Shown here: piece after piece, positions 43,893-52,793 of the stretch | Numbering within the stretch: the first letter of the stretch is position 1 | How the letters are laid out: each line of letters starts with the position of its first letter | Source: Candidatus Magasanikbacteria bacterium RIFOXYD2_FULL_41_14 | GTDB taxonomy: Bacteria > Patescibacteriota > Patescibacteriia > Magasanikbacterales > GWA2-37-8 | Reading direction: 5' to 3' | NCBI GenBank assembly: GCA_001784475.1 | Contig: MFRE01000009.1 | Coordinates: 36,585-89,377 of the forward strand | Length of the DNA: 52,793 nucleotides | Made by a program: the position numbers and the translations under genes | Notes under the pieces: model-generated | What the model saw: the letters and a program-made list of their open reading frames with translations, nothing else | Databases searched by the model: none | What the model was told of the DNA's origin: nothing

Positions 43893-44972
43893 ATGAGGAG
43901 GACAATATATTTTTTAGTTTTTTCACTGGTTGCGCTGGTGCTTGTTGGTGCCGGCTGTATTAGTGGCACCGCGGCTGGACCAATGGGGGTATATGCGAGC
44001 TTAGATAAAGGCGACAGTTGGCAGCCGGCTTTTGCTTATCCCACTGCCAAAGGAGTGGAGAGTATCGCTGATTTAAAAGTGTATCGCATGCACATTGATC
44101 CGTCTGATCCCAACACCATTTATTTGGCGACGCGTGGTCAGGGTTTATTCTATACCTATAATAAAGGCGAGACCTGGCAATCTGTGCCAGAAATGGACAA
44201 GAAATTTATTTATGGTTTGGCGGTAAATCCAGTTGACAAGTGTGCTATTTATGTGAGCGATGGCCAGCATATTTATAAGACCGAAGATTGTTCACGCACT
44301 TGGAATATTGTTTTTACGGAAGAAATCCCAACCCAGCGTTTAGTGGCTTTGACCATTGATTACAGCAATGGCAATTTGGTTTATGGCGCACTTTTAGGCG
44401 GAGATGTTTTGGTAAGTAGGGACGCCGGTAAAAGTTGGCAGGTTACCAAACGGTTTAAGTTTGAATTGCAGTCTATCGAAGTGGATCCATTTGTCTCTGG
44501 TCGGGTTTATCTGGCTTCTCAAAAAAATGGTTTATACCGCTCGGACGATGCTGGTGTCACTTGGACCGACCTAAGTGTTGGTTTAAATAATTATACTGAT
44601 AGTTTGTCTTTTTATCGCCTTACTTTAAATCCGGGCCAACGTGATAGTTTGTTCTGGATTTCTAAATATGGTATTTTGCGATCTAACGACGCTGGGGAAA
44701 CATGGTCGGATATGAAATTATTAACGCCACCGGGCAGTGTTAATATTTACGCTTTTGCCATTAATCCTAAAAATCAAAAAGAGATTTATTACACGGGTAC
44801 AATTTTGGGTCCGAAGAATGAGCATTTGCGCTCTACCTTCTACCGCACTGTTGATGGTGGTGAAAACTGGGTTACAAAAAAATTGCCCACGAATTCTATT
44901 CCAATTCAATTTGTTATGAACACGGAAAATTCTAGCCAGCTGTTTTTAGGTTTTACATCGCTAAGTAAATAA
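43893..44972 (+). CDS. Lipoprotein with BNR/Asp-box beta-propeller (YCF48/VPS10-like)
   Basis: Lipobox LVGAGC and repeated S.D.G.(S/T)W. Confidence 0.85.
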   Translation: MRRTIYFLVFSLVALVLVGAGCISGTAAGPMGVYASLDKGDSWQPAFAYPTAKGVESIADLKVYRMHIDPSDPNTIYLATRGQGLFYTYNKGETWQSVPEMDKKFIYGLAVNPVDKCAIYVSDGQHIYKTEDCSRTWNIVFTEEIPTQRLVALTIDYSNGNLVYGALLGGDVLVSRDAGKSWQVTKRFKFELQSIEVDPFVSGRVYLASQKNGLYRSDDAGVTWTDLSVGLNNYTDSLSFYRLTLNPGQRDSLFWISKYGILRSNDAGETWSDMKLLTPPGSVNIYAFAINPKNQKEIYYTGTILGPKNEHLRSTFYRTVDGGENWVTKKLPTNSIPIQFVMNTENSSQLFLGFTSLSK

Positions 44973-44975
44973 AAT

Positions 44976-45524
44976 ATGAATATTAATGATTTTAAAGAAG
45001 ATTTTGGCAAGGCGATTGAGTTTTACAAAACTGATATTTCCGGTTTGCGCACTGGCCGGGCTACCTCGGCGATGGTGGAAAATGTAGTGGTGGAGGCCTA
45101 TGGTGTAAAACAACCGCTCAAAGCAGTAGCATCAATTAATATTTTGGATCCAAAAACTTTGATGCTTGATCCGTGGGACAAGAGCGTGCTTACCAATTTA
45201 GAAAAAGCGATTCGTGAAGCTAATTTGGGGATGAATCCGGTTAACGACGGCCGAGGAATTCGTTTGTCTTTGCCAGAGTTAACAGTGGAACGTCGCCAAG
45301 AATTAATTAAAATTTTGCGTGAACGTACCGAACAAGCGCGTATTTCTATCCGCAAAATTCGCGAAGATATTAAGAATATGATTTTAGTGGAAGAAGAAGA
45401 TAAAAATATTGCGGAAGATGAAAAATTTCGATTGATGGAGGAATTGGATAAAGCGGTGAAGGATTATAATGAAGATATTAAGGAGATTGCAAATAAAAAG
45501 GAGGAGGAAATTAGTACGGTTTAA
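44976..45524 (+). CDS. frr: Ribosome recycling factor
   Basis: LRTGRA, P.D, P.LT.ERR and R.IR motifs. Confidence 0.97.
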   Translation: MNINDFKEDFGKAIEFYKTDISGLRTGRATSAMVENVVVEAYGVKQPLKAVASINILDPKTLMLDPWDKSVLTNLEKAIREANLGMNPVNDGRGIRLSLPELTVERRQELIKILRERTEQARISIRKIREDIKNMILVEEEDKNIAEDEKFRLMEELDKAVKDYNEDIKEIANKKEEEISTV

Positions 45525-45529
45525 ATTCT

Positions 45530-46351
45530 ATGCGTAGTCCAAATAAAAATGAAGTAAAGACATTGATTTTTGGTGTGGCCGCGGGTCTCGCTGGCGGAGT
45601 GGCCGTTGAAGGTCTTCCGCCGGATGTGGTTCGAGCCAATGATTCGGCCAATTCCACTCATTCGGATAAATCCACAGGTGTTGCTGAAAGTCGCCAAGAG
45701 GCAGGCGCAATATTTAGACACGAACCGGCGGCAGTGGTGGTGCATAACCTTCGAGATAATGGTGGGGTGGGGCCAAAGCCACCGGCAGATAATACAAAAA
45801 ATTCTGATAACTTAGATGATAAATTTAATCAACTTAATAATGATTCCCAAACAAATGATACAGAAAGTGTGCCCAAATGGAAAGTCGAAGAAAAGGCGTT
45901 GGTTGATTATATGGATCTTCTTCAAAAAGATAAATCTTTGTTGGTCGAACCGATAGAGAAACAAAATTTTGTTGATTCTGCAAGTGACAAAGGAAAGCAT
46001 GAAAAGATGGCTAGTTTTAAAGCGTTCAAAGCACCAGATGAAGATGACAAATTGGATAGTGATAGTGGCAAATACTGTTTTTTATTTTTTGATCCCGAAA
46101 GTTCGACTTTTGAATTAAATATTAGTAGCGATGCTGGTCCTACGGTTAACGCAATTTCTGGCTTATCTGGGGATCAATTAGCACCTGTAATAAAAGGCGT
46201 TTTGTCTTTAAGCGAAAGACAAAAAAGTGAGATGTTGAAAGATAAATACACTGCTGAGGCAATACACAATCGATATATGCAAGAATTGTTTAATTTATTG
46301 CAAGCGACTAGTCCAAATGCACAAGTGGAGATTAGTGGTTATGGTCTTTAA
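45530..46351 (+). CDS. Hypothetical secreted or membrane-anchored protein
   Basis: 273-aa ORF with an N-terminal hydrophobic segment and low-complexity linker. Confidence 0.65.
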   Translation: MRSPNKNEVKTLIFGVAAGLAGGVAVEGLPPDVVRANDSANSTHSDKSTGVAESRQEAGAIFRHEPAAVVVHNLRDNGGVGPKPPADNTKNSDNLDDKFNQLNNDSQTNDTESVPKWKVEEKALVDYMDLLQKDKSLLVEPIEKQNFVDSASDKGKHEKMASFKAFKAPDEDDKLDSDSGKYCFLFFDPESSTFELNISSDAGPTVNAISGLSGDQLAPVIKGVLSLSERQKSEMLKDKYTAEAIHNRYMQELFNLLQATSPNAQVEISGYGL

Positions 46352-46381
46352 GTAAAATTTTTATAAATAGATATAAAAAAT

Positions 46382-47764
46382 ATGAATGAAAACGAAAATT
46401 TAATGGACAAAGTAATTTCATTATGTAAACGCCGCGGTTTTATTTTTCCGGGTTCGGAAATTTATGGTGGGTTGGCCAATAGTTGGGATTATGGTCCGCT
46501 TGGTCATCAACTAAAACAGAACATCAAAACTTTGTGGTGGAAATTTTTCGTTACCGGTCGTGAAGATATGGTGCCGATGGATACCGCTATTATTATGAAT
46601 CCGCGCGTTTGGGAGGCGTCAGGCCACTTACAAAATTTTTCGGATGCTTTGGTGGAATGCAAAGTTTGCCATAAGCGTTTTCGCGCTGATCATTTACTAG
46701 AAGCCAAAGGCATTACCCCACGCTATGCCAAAGAAGAATTGCAGGATTTGGATCAAATTAATTGTCCGGAATGTGCTGGGGATTTAACCGCGCCGAAGAA
46801 TTTTAATTTGATGTTTAAGACCGCGTTTGGCATAAATGACGCAACCGCCTTGGATGTTTATTTGCGCCCGGAAACTGCTGGCGGCATGTTTGTAAATTTT
46901 AAAAATATCTTAAATGTAACGCGCAAGCGTTTGCCGTTTGGAATCGCCCAAGTTGGTAAATGTTTTAGGAACGAAATCACGCCCGGTAATTTTATTTTTC
47001 GCACGCGTGAATTTGAAATTGGTGAATTTGAATATTTTATTCGTCCCGATGATTGGGAGAAAATTTTTGAAATGTGGTTAGGCGAAATTCGTCGCTTTTG
47101 GCAAGACGCGATGCAAATTAATATGGATAATTTGGTGTGGTATGAAATTCCCGACGGTGAGCGCGCGTTTTACAGCAAACGGACCGTTGATATTAAATAT
47201 AAATTTCCTTTTGGCACGGAAGAATTGCACGGCATCGCGTATCGCACCGACCACGATTTGAGTCGTCATGAAAAAGTGAGTGGTCAAGATTTGCATTATA
47301 CGGATCCGGAAACAAATGAGAAATATTTGCCACACGTGGTGGAGCCGACATTTGGTATTGATCGGATGTTACTGGTGGCGCTTTTGGAAGCATATCATGA
47401 AGAAGAGGCGCCGACATCAGACAAAGGCGAGACAGAAACTCGCATTGTCATGAAATTTCCGAAATATTTGGCACCGATTCAAGTTGCGGTTTTGCCCTTG
47501 TCTAAAAAAGACGAATTATCCGGTCCAGCCAAAGAGTTGGCCGCCGATTTGCGTAAGAATTTTGTCGTGGATTATGATGAAACCCAATCAATCGGCAAAC
47601 GCTATCGCCGTCAAGACGAAGTGGGAACGCCGTATTGCGTTACGATGGATTTTGATTCTTTGGAAGATAAAAAAGTGACAGTGCGCGATCGCGACACGAT
47701 GGTGCAAGAGAGAGTTGAAATTGTAGAATTAACAAATTATTTAAAAGAAAAATTTAATTTTTAA
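46382..47764 (+). CDS. glyQS: Glycine--tRNA ligase (alpha2 type)
   Basis: RRGF....EIYGG, YLRPETA, FRNEI.P, PHVVEP and SIGKRYRRQDE.GTP motifs. Confidence 0.97.
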   Translation: MNENENLMDKVISLCKRRGFIFPGSEIYGGLANSWDYGPLGHQLKQNIKTLWWKFFVTGREDMVPMDTAIIMNPRVWEASGHLQNFSDALVECKVCHKRFRADHLLEAKGITPRYAKEELQDLDQINCPECAGDLTAPKNFNLMFKTAFGINDATALDVYLRPETAGGMFVNFKNILNVTRKRLPFGIAQVGKCFRNEITPGNFIFRTREFEIGEFEYFIRPDDWEKIFEMWLGEIRRFWQDAMQINMDNLVWYEIPDGERAFYSKRTVDIKYKFPFGTEELHGIAYRTDHDLSRHEKVSGQDLHYTDPETNEKYLPHVVEPTFGIDRMLLVALLEAYHEEEAPTSDKGETETRIVMKFPKYLAPIQVAVLPLSKKDELSGPAKELAADLRKNFVVDYDETQSIGKRYRRQDEVGTPYCVTMDFDSLEDKKVTVRDRDTMVQERVEIVELTNYLKEKFNF

Positions 47765-47775
47765 TATTTATAAAT

Positions 47776-48081
47776 ATGCCAGAAGATTTTGTCGCGGAGA
47801 TGGAAAAAGCGCGTCACGCTGAAGCGCTTAGTGAATATCAGCAGGTAGTTGCTAGAATAGAATCGGTTTATAAGCGTCCAGTATTACACATTGGTTTGAA
47901 TGGTGATTTTACGTTTGCTCCGACTGAAATCGTGGCAGAGATGGACGAGGATGCTGAACTAGTTGAAGCGGATAGGGCACCTTTTGTAGCGGATTTGGCA
48001 GCGTTAGTCGCCAAGCATCAATGGATTCCACCAGAATATGAACATGCGTCAGTATCTGGTACGTTGTCTGATAAAATTTAA
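47776..48081 (+). CDS. Hypothetical protein
   Basis: 101-aa acidic ORF tightly packed between genes. Confidence 0.6.
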   Translation: MPEDFVAEMEKARHAEALSEYQQVVARIESVYKRPVLHIGLNGDFTFAPTEIVAEMDEDAELVEADRAPFVADLAALVAKHQWIPPEYEHASVSGTLSDKI

Positions 48082-48087
48082 TTTATT

Positions 48088-49365
48088 ATGCACGAAATAA
48101 AAAAACTAAAAAACGGTTTACAATACATTTACATTCCAAACTCCGGTACGAGCGCCGTGACGGTTTTGCTTTTGTTTCCAATTGGTTCGCGCTATGAAAC
48201 GCGACCAATTTCCGGCATCTCGCATTTTTTAGAACACATGTTGTTTAAGGGCACAAAAAAACGTCCGGACTACCTGGCCATATCGCGCGAGTTAGACGCG
48301 GCCGGAGCGGATTATAACGCTTTTACTTATAAGGATTATACAGGTTATTATGTTAAAATCGGGGCATCAATGGTAGGCAAGGCGTTTGATATAATTTCGG
48401 ATATTTCATTTAATTCCACGATGCCGGCTAAAGAAGTGGAGAAAGAAAAGGGTGTGATAGTGGAAGAGCTGCGAATGTATGAAGATAGCCCGATGCACGC
48501 CATTGAACTCGTATTTGACCGTTTAATGTTTCCTAACCACCCGCTGGGATGGGATGTTGGTGGTAATGAAAAGACAGTGCGGGCGATTACTCGCGCACAA
48601 CTTTTAAATTATTATCACGATCACTATAGTCCGCAAAAGGCGGTTTTAGTGGTCGCCGGAAATTTAAGCAAAGAAGATTTGGAAAAAAATCTGGAAAAAT
48701 TTGCCTTGGCTACTTCCAAAAATCCGGCCGAACCGAAATATTTACCGTTTAAATTTAAAGATAATTTGTCGCTGTCTGAGCGGGTGGCCGTCCAGCCCAG
48801 AAAAATTGATCAAGTGCAAATGATAATGGGTTTCCACGGGGTAGCTCATAGTGATAAACGGAGCTATGCGGCCGCGGTATTATTAACAATTTTGGGCGGA
48901 GGGATGAGCTCGCGTTTATTTGTGGAAGTGCGCGAAAAGCGTGGTTTGGCCTATATGGTGCGTGCTGGCTCTTGGCCTTATCGCGATGTTGGGTCGGTTT
49001 ATGTGCAGGCCGGTTTGGACCCGAAACGTTTACCAGCGGCTTTGAGAACCATTAAAGTGGAACTTAAAAAAATTGCCACGAAAGCTGTAAGCAAAAAAGA
49101 ACTGGCTGATGCCAAAACCAGTTTAGTGGGCAGAATGGATTTGGCATTGGAGGATTCCTCGGTGATGGCTGAACGCGCGGCCAAGCAATTTATTTTCTTG
49201 GGTGACGCTCTCACTGCCGCCGAAGTCGCACGGCGTGTGAATGAAGTGACGGCCAAAGATGTGCTCGCTTTAGCTAAAGAGTTGTTTAAGGTAAAAGAAA
49301 TGCACTTGGCAGTAATTGGGCCAGTTAAAAAAGAAGATGTTTTGAAAATGTTAAAAAATAAGTAA
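48088..49365 (+). CDS. M16 family zinc peptidase
   Basis: HFLEHM.FKGT (HxxEH) and SSRLF.EVREKRGLAY motifs. Confidence 0.95.
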   Translation: MHEIKKLKNGLQYIYIPNSGTSAVTVLLLFPIGSRYETRPISGISHFLEHMLFKGTKKRPDYLAISRELDAAGADYNAFTYKDYTGYYVKIGASMVGKAFDIISDISFNSTMPAKEVEKEKGVIVEELRMYEDSPMHAIELVFDRLMFPNHPLGWDVGGNEKTVRAITRAQLLNYYHDHYSPQKAVLVVAGNLSKEDLEKNLEKFALATSKNPAEPKYLPFKFKDNLSLSERVAVQPRKIDQVQMIMGFHGVAHSDKRSYAAAVLLTILGGGMSSRLFVEVREKRGLAYMVRAGSWPYRDVGSVYVQAGLDPKRLPAALRTIKVELKKIATKAVSKKELADAKTSLVGRMDLALEDSSVMAERAAKQFIFLGDALTAAEVARRVNEVTAKDVLALAKELFKVKEMHLAVIGPVKKEDVLKMLKNK

Positions 49366-49367
49366 AT

Positions 49368-49397
49368 TTTATGTCCGTACATGTGTACGGACATAAA
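49368..49397. repeat. Palindrome copy 3
   Basis: TTTATGTCCGTACATGTGTACGGACATAAA; one central C>T change relative to the 32214 copy. Confidence 0.92.
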
Positions 49398-49455
49398 GTT
49401 AAGCGACAAAATTATATTGGTTTTGACCATTGGGAAGCGATTAAATTATTAAAAA

Positions 49456-50217
49456 ATGAATAATATGTCCAAGCAATCCTATTTTTTCGCCAATTGGAAA
49501 ATGTATTTGGATTTTGACGAAGCCAATATTTTAGCGAACGCGATTGCGGCCGAACACAAAAAATTTCCCGACCATGTTAAAATGGCAATTTTTCCCAATG
49601 CCTTATCGCTTTATTCCGCTGGGCAAGTTCTTAATGACGTTGGAATTGCTGTGGGCGGACAAAATGTGTTTTGGGAAGACAAAGGGGGATATACGGGCGA
49701 GATTTCCGCCACGATGTATAAAGCGGCCGGGTGTGAATATGCTTTAGTGGGTCACTCTGAGCGTCGGCATCAATTTCACGAAACTAATCACGAAGTTCGT
49801 CAAAAAATGCAAGCGATTTTGGAAGCAGGTTTGACACCAGTGTTGTGTGTGGGGGAAACCAAAGAAGAACGAGTTGCCGGTAAAACCGATGAGGTGATAG
49901 AAACCCAACTGCGTAGCGCTTTTCATGAATTATCTTGGCCAGCGGAGAAAGGATTGATAGTTGCTTACGAACCAGTGTGGGCGATTGGTACAGGAGAGGC
50001 CTGTGATCCGAATGAAGCTGAACGTTTACACGCGCTTATGAAAAAAATGTTGAACGAACTAGCCCCAGGCACGTTGCCTATATTATTGTATGGTGGTAGT
50101 GTGCGACCGGAAAATGTGTTCGACTATTTGAAACAGCCAGATATAAATGGCGTATTGGTTGGTGGCGCCGCCACGAAGTTAGAAAGTTTTATGAGCATTT
50201 TATCAAATATCAAATAA
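49456..50217 (+). CDS. tpiA: Triosephosphate isomerase
   Basis: ANWKM, GHSERR, AYEPVWAIGTG and YGGSV motifs. Confidence 0.98.
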   Translation: MNNMSKQSYFFANWKMYLDFDEANILANAIAAEHKKFPDHVKMAIFPNALSLYSAGQVLNDVGIAVGGQNVFWEDKGGYTGEISATMYKAAGCEYALVGHSERRHQFHETNHEVRQKMQAILEAGLTPVLCVGETKEERVAGKTDEVIETQLRSAFHELSWPAEKGLIVAYEPVWAIGTGEACDPNEAERLHALMKKMLNELAPGTLPILLYGGSVRPENVFDYLKQPDINGVLVGGAATKLESFMSILSNIK

Positions 50218-50218
50218 T

Positions 50219-51112
50219 ATGTTAGATTGGATTTTTGGGATTATTATTATTTTGTGTCTGGTCGGGATTGGCTATATTGTGGTTGGAAAATTTGCGCAGT
50301 TATCAAATTTGGATTTAGAAAATTTACCGGCGGAAAAAATTAATCGCAAAAAGAAAGAGATTATCTCTAAACGCATTGATGAAAAAAGAAAAAAATTAAG
50401 TGCTTTTTCCGCGCGTTGGTTGACCCCGCTTGTCAAGTTATGGGGGAAGTTGCAATTGCGTTTTCGGATTTATGTCGGTCAGGTGGGGCGCCTGCTTTGG
50501 CACGAACAATCAGGGCAGAAAGTTGTGAAAGTTAGTAAAACACCGGAGAATGATGGGCATGTAAAACAATTAATCGGGGAAGGTGAGCGTTATTTGTCGG
50601 AAAAAAATTATGATTTAGCCGAAGAAAAATTTATCGCCGCTATTAAAGCTGATAATCGCGCGGCCGACGCTTATCGTGGATTGGGGGATACCTATTTTGC
50701 CAAAAAATCAATAGAAGAAGCGCGGGAAACTTATCGGTTTGTTTTGCAAATTGAACCGGACGATGACAGCGTGCTTGTTAAGCTCGCCGATATTGCCGAA
50801 AGTCAAGGTGACGTGGAAGAGGCAATCCAATATTATCAACAGGCAATTACAATTAATGATAATTTATCACCCCGTTTTGCCCGTTTGGCCGAGTTGCTTT
50901 TAAAGGTGGAAGAGCCCAATGTTGCCAGAGAATCAGTGATGTCGGCCTTGGAATTGGAACCGGAAAATCCCAAGTATCTTGACTTATCCACAGAAATTGC
51001 TATACTATGTCGAGACAAAGCTTGGGCAATGGATGTTTTGCGTAGGTTGACCTTGGTTAACCCAGCAAATCATAAATTAGCTGATTTAAAACAGCGAATA
51101 GAGACAATGTAA
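50219..51112 (+). CDS. Membrane-anchored TPR protein
   Basis: N-terminal TM helix and tandem TPR-like repeats (AYRGLGDTYF, EAIQYYQQAI). Confidence 0.85.
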   Translation: MLDWIFGIIIILCLVGIGYIVVGKFAQLSNLDLENLPAEKINRKKKEIISKRIDEKRKKLSAFSARWLTPLVKLWGKLQLRFRIYVGQVGRLLWHEQSGQKVVKVSKTPENDGHVKQLIGEGERYLSEKNYDLAEEKFIAAIKADNRAADAYRGLGDTYFAKKSIEEARETYRFVLQIEPDDDSVLVKLADIAESQGDVEEAIQYYQQAITINDNLSPRFARLAELLLKVEEPNVARESVMSALELEPENPKYLDLSTEIAILCRDKAWAMDVLRRLTLVNPANHKLADLKQRIETM

Positions 51113-51130
51113 AACATAGAAAATTATAGT

Positions 51131-51203
51131 GCCGTTGTAGCTCAGTTGGTAGAGCATCTCCATGGTAAGGAGAAGGTCTCGGGTTCGAATCCCGACAACG
51201 GCT
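51131..51203 (+). tRNA. tRNA-Thr(GGT)
   Basis: Acceptor GCCGTTG/CAACGGC, anticodon loop ATGGTAA and GGTTCGAATCC; CCA not encoded. Confidence 0.95.
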
Positions 51204-51303
51204 CGAGCGACCAAACAGTTTGGGTCGTGCTCAGATTTTATGTATTAGCCCCAACCAATCGGGGCAAAGATGAATCTTGCGCGGCGTAGCGCAGCGAAGC
51301 CGT

Positions 51304-51379
51304 GCCGTCTTAGCTCAGTTGGTAGAGCAACGGTTTTGTAAACCGTAGGTCTAGGGTTCGAATCCCTAAGACGGCTCCA
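51304..51379 (+). tRNA. tRNA-Thr(TGT)
   Basis: Acceptor GCCGTCT/AGACGGC and anticodon loop TTTGTAA; CCA encoded. Confidence 0.96.
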
Positions 51380-51405
51380 ATCGACAGACATAGTCGATAA
51401 CACAT

Positions 51406-51487
51406 GGGTCGGTACCGAAGCGGTCAACCGGGGCAGACTGTAAATCTGCTGGCTCAGCCTTCGTAGGTTCGAATCCTACCCGGCCCA
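51406..51487 (+). tRNA. tRNA-Tyr(GTA)
   Basis: Acceptor GGGTCGG/CCGGCCC, anticodon loop CTGTAAA and long variable arm. Confidence 0.95.
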
Positions 51488-51518
51488 CATGTATTTTTGA
51501 ATATTAAATTATATCTAT

Positions 51519-51671
51519 ATGTCCCAAGATAATTTGGCGAAAATGGAATGCACGGAATGCAAAACCGTCACCCATTACACCACTCGCAACCGTGTCATCA
51601 AGACCCGCTTGGCCTTGAAGAAACATTGCAAAAATTGCAAAAAACACACCGACCACAAGGAAACTAAATAA
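51519..51671 (+). CDS. rpmG: 50S ribosomal protein L33 (zinc-binding type; too short for the ORF track)
   Basis: Hand translation: MSQDNLAKMECTECKTVTHYTTRNRVIKTRLALKKHCKNCKKHTDHKETK*. Confidence 0.93.
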   Translation: MSQDNLAKMECTECKTVTHYTTRNRVIKTRLALKKHCKNCKKHTDHKETK

Positions 51672-51676
51672 ACATT

Positions 51677-52489
51677 ATGTGGTTTTTCAATTCATTCGTA
51701 AAAAGCTTGTACGATTTGAATTGGTTGCGAGCGAGGCGTACTGAGACCGGCCGGGCTTTTAGTTATTTTTTTTTATTGGTATTTTTTGTTTCAGGTTTGA
51801 GTTTGGCGCCGATGATTGTGAATGTGGCGCGGGGTGATACTGTTCGGGAAGTTATGACCGTAATGAACGAAAAGGTGCCGGAGTTTACTGCTACGGTTAA
51901 AGATGGAAAATTATTAATAACCGACTTAGTCCAGCCGTATATTGTGCGTGATAAGGATTTTGTGATAGTGGTAGATACAGTGACGAGCGACACCTTGCAT
52001 TTGGAGAATTTTTTGGTAGATGGGGCTAAATCTGGTGTTTTGATCAGCAAAGAAAAAGTAGAAATGTTGGATGCGCGTAATGGGCAAGCGCGTTCGCAGT
52101 CATTTTCTGAAATGGGTAATTGGAGCATCAACCGCACGCAAGTATCACAAAAATTAGATAAATTTTTGTCCAAACCGATGCTCGCGCTTTATGTTTTGGT
52201 GATTTTTATTTTGGCGTATATCGTGCGCACTGTAGCCACCTTGGTGCTGGTGCTCATTGTGTCGGCTTTAGTTTTAATGGCAGTAAAAACTGCCAAGCGT
52301 TCGTGGCGATTTAAAGAAATCTTTAGTGTGGGATTGTTTGCTGTTACTTTGGCTGTGTTTATCAGTACCGCTTTAACCGGAATGCAAGTGGGCTTGCCGT
52401 TTGTATCATTTATTGTGTTTTTCACTTGGCTTTCCGCGACGGTATTTATGGAGAAGCCGATAACTAAAGAAGAGATTAAGTTACAATAA
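51677..52489 (+). CDS. Membrane protein, DUF1189-like
   Basis: One N-terminal TM helix, a soluble 'PEF..KDGKL' domain and several C-terminal TM helices. Confidence 0.65.
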   Translation: MWFFNSFVKSLYDLNWLRARRTETGRAFSYFFLLVFFVSGLSLAPMIVNVARGDTVREVMTVMNEKVPEFTATVKDGKLLITDLVQPYIVRDKDFVIVVDTVTSDTLHLENFLVDGAKSGVLISKEKVEMLDARNGQARSQSFSEMGNWSINRTQVSQKLDKFLSKPMLALYVLVIFILAYIVRTVATLVLVLIVSALVLMAVKTAKRSWRFKEIFSVGLFAVTLAVFISTALTGMQVGLPFVSFIVFFTWLSATVFMEKPITKEEIKLQ

Positions 52490-52499
52490 TAGAAATTTT

Positions 52500-52530
52500 A
52501 ATCCCGTCCGCCAGCTGGCAGATGGGATTT
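52500..52530 (+). terminator. Stem-loop after the DUF1189-like gene
   Basis: AATCCCGTCCGCCA-GC-TGGCAGATGGGATT. Confidence 0.55.
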
Positions 52531-52534
52531 GAAT

Positions 52535-52608
52535 AGGGGGTTCGTATAATGGTAGTACGTTGGTCTCCAAAACCAACTGCGCGGGTTCGATTCCTGCACC
52601 CCCTGCCA
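52535..52608 (+). tRNA. tRNA-Trp(CCA)
   Basis: Acceptor AGGGGGT/ACCCCCT and anticodon loop CTCCAAA; CCA encoded. Confidence 0.95.
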
Positions 52609-52620
52609 ATTCTAAATCAT

Positions 52621-52650
52621 AAAAACACCTTGTTTTTTAGGTGTTTTTTT
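52621..52650 (+). terminator. Terminator after tRNA-Trp
   Basis: AAAAACACCT-loop-AGGTGTTTTTTT. Confidence 0.7.
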
Positions 52651-52793
52651 GTTATCATAAAGCAGATGACTTGTTAGTGGCTGTTAGCAAAATATTTAAC
52701 TGTAAGAATCACCAGCGTTGTTTATATTCCGCTTGGACGTTATATGTTAATTTTGGCAGTGAGGACGCTTGCGTAGACGCACTGCCGAGCCGC

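Noticed and set aside
52755..52793. GC-rich inverted repeat GGCAGTG...CACTGCC at the right edge
   Set aside because: Truncated by the window end; a REP-like element cannot be told from an RNA or an att-associated feature.

Overview
Chromosomal segment of an AT-rich bacterium with a reduced-genome gene set. It is most consistent with Patescibacteria/CPR (Parcubacteria-like); this is an inference from the alpha2-type GlyRS, archaeal-like PyrH, DUF4012 gene, AT-rich leaders without obvious SD motifs and standard genetic code. Most of the window is housekeeping and lies almost entirely on the + strand: scpB, pgk, eno, two gpmI, valS, tyrS, argS, ndk, rpmB, pyrH, L10 leader-rplJ-rplL, mreB, holB, frr, glyQS, tpiA, rpmG and 5 tRNAs. 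Four things stand out. (1) A diversity-generating retroelement at the left edge (TR, avd, RT) whose avd lies antisense between TR and RT; the target gene is not in the window. (2) A ~550-nt GC-rich, many-hairpin, apparently non-coding transcription unit with a perfect sigma70 promoter and a terminator (5848-6435) that I cannot assign to a known RNA family. (3) A five-gene cassette (amino-acid dehydrogenase, Rv1355c-like ThiF, nitroreductase, PaaK-like ligase, 7TM histidine kinase) that looks like a small-molecule make-and-sense system. (4) Several families of short palindromic elements, some inserted in frame in genes, three of them in one glycosyltransferase. All calls come from reading motifs by eye; no database search was run.
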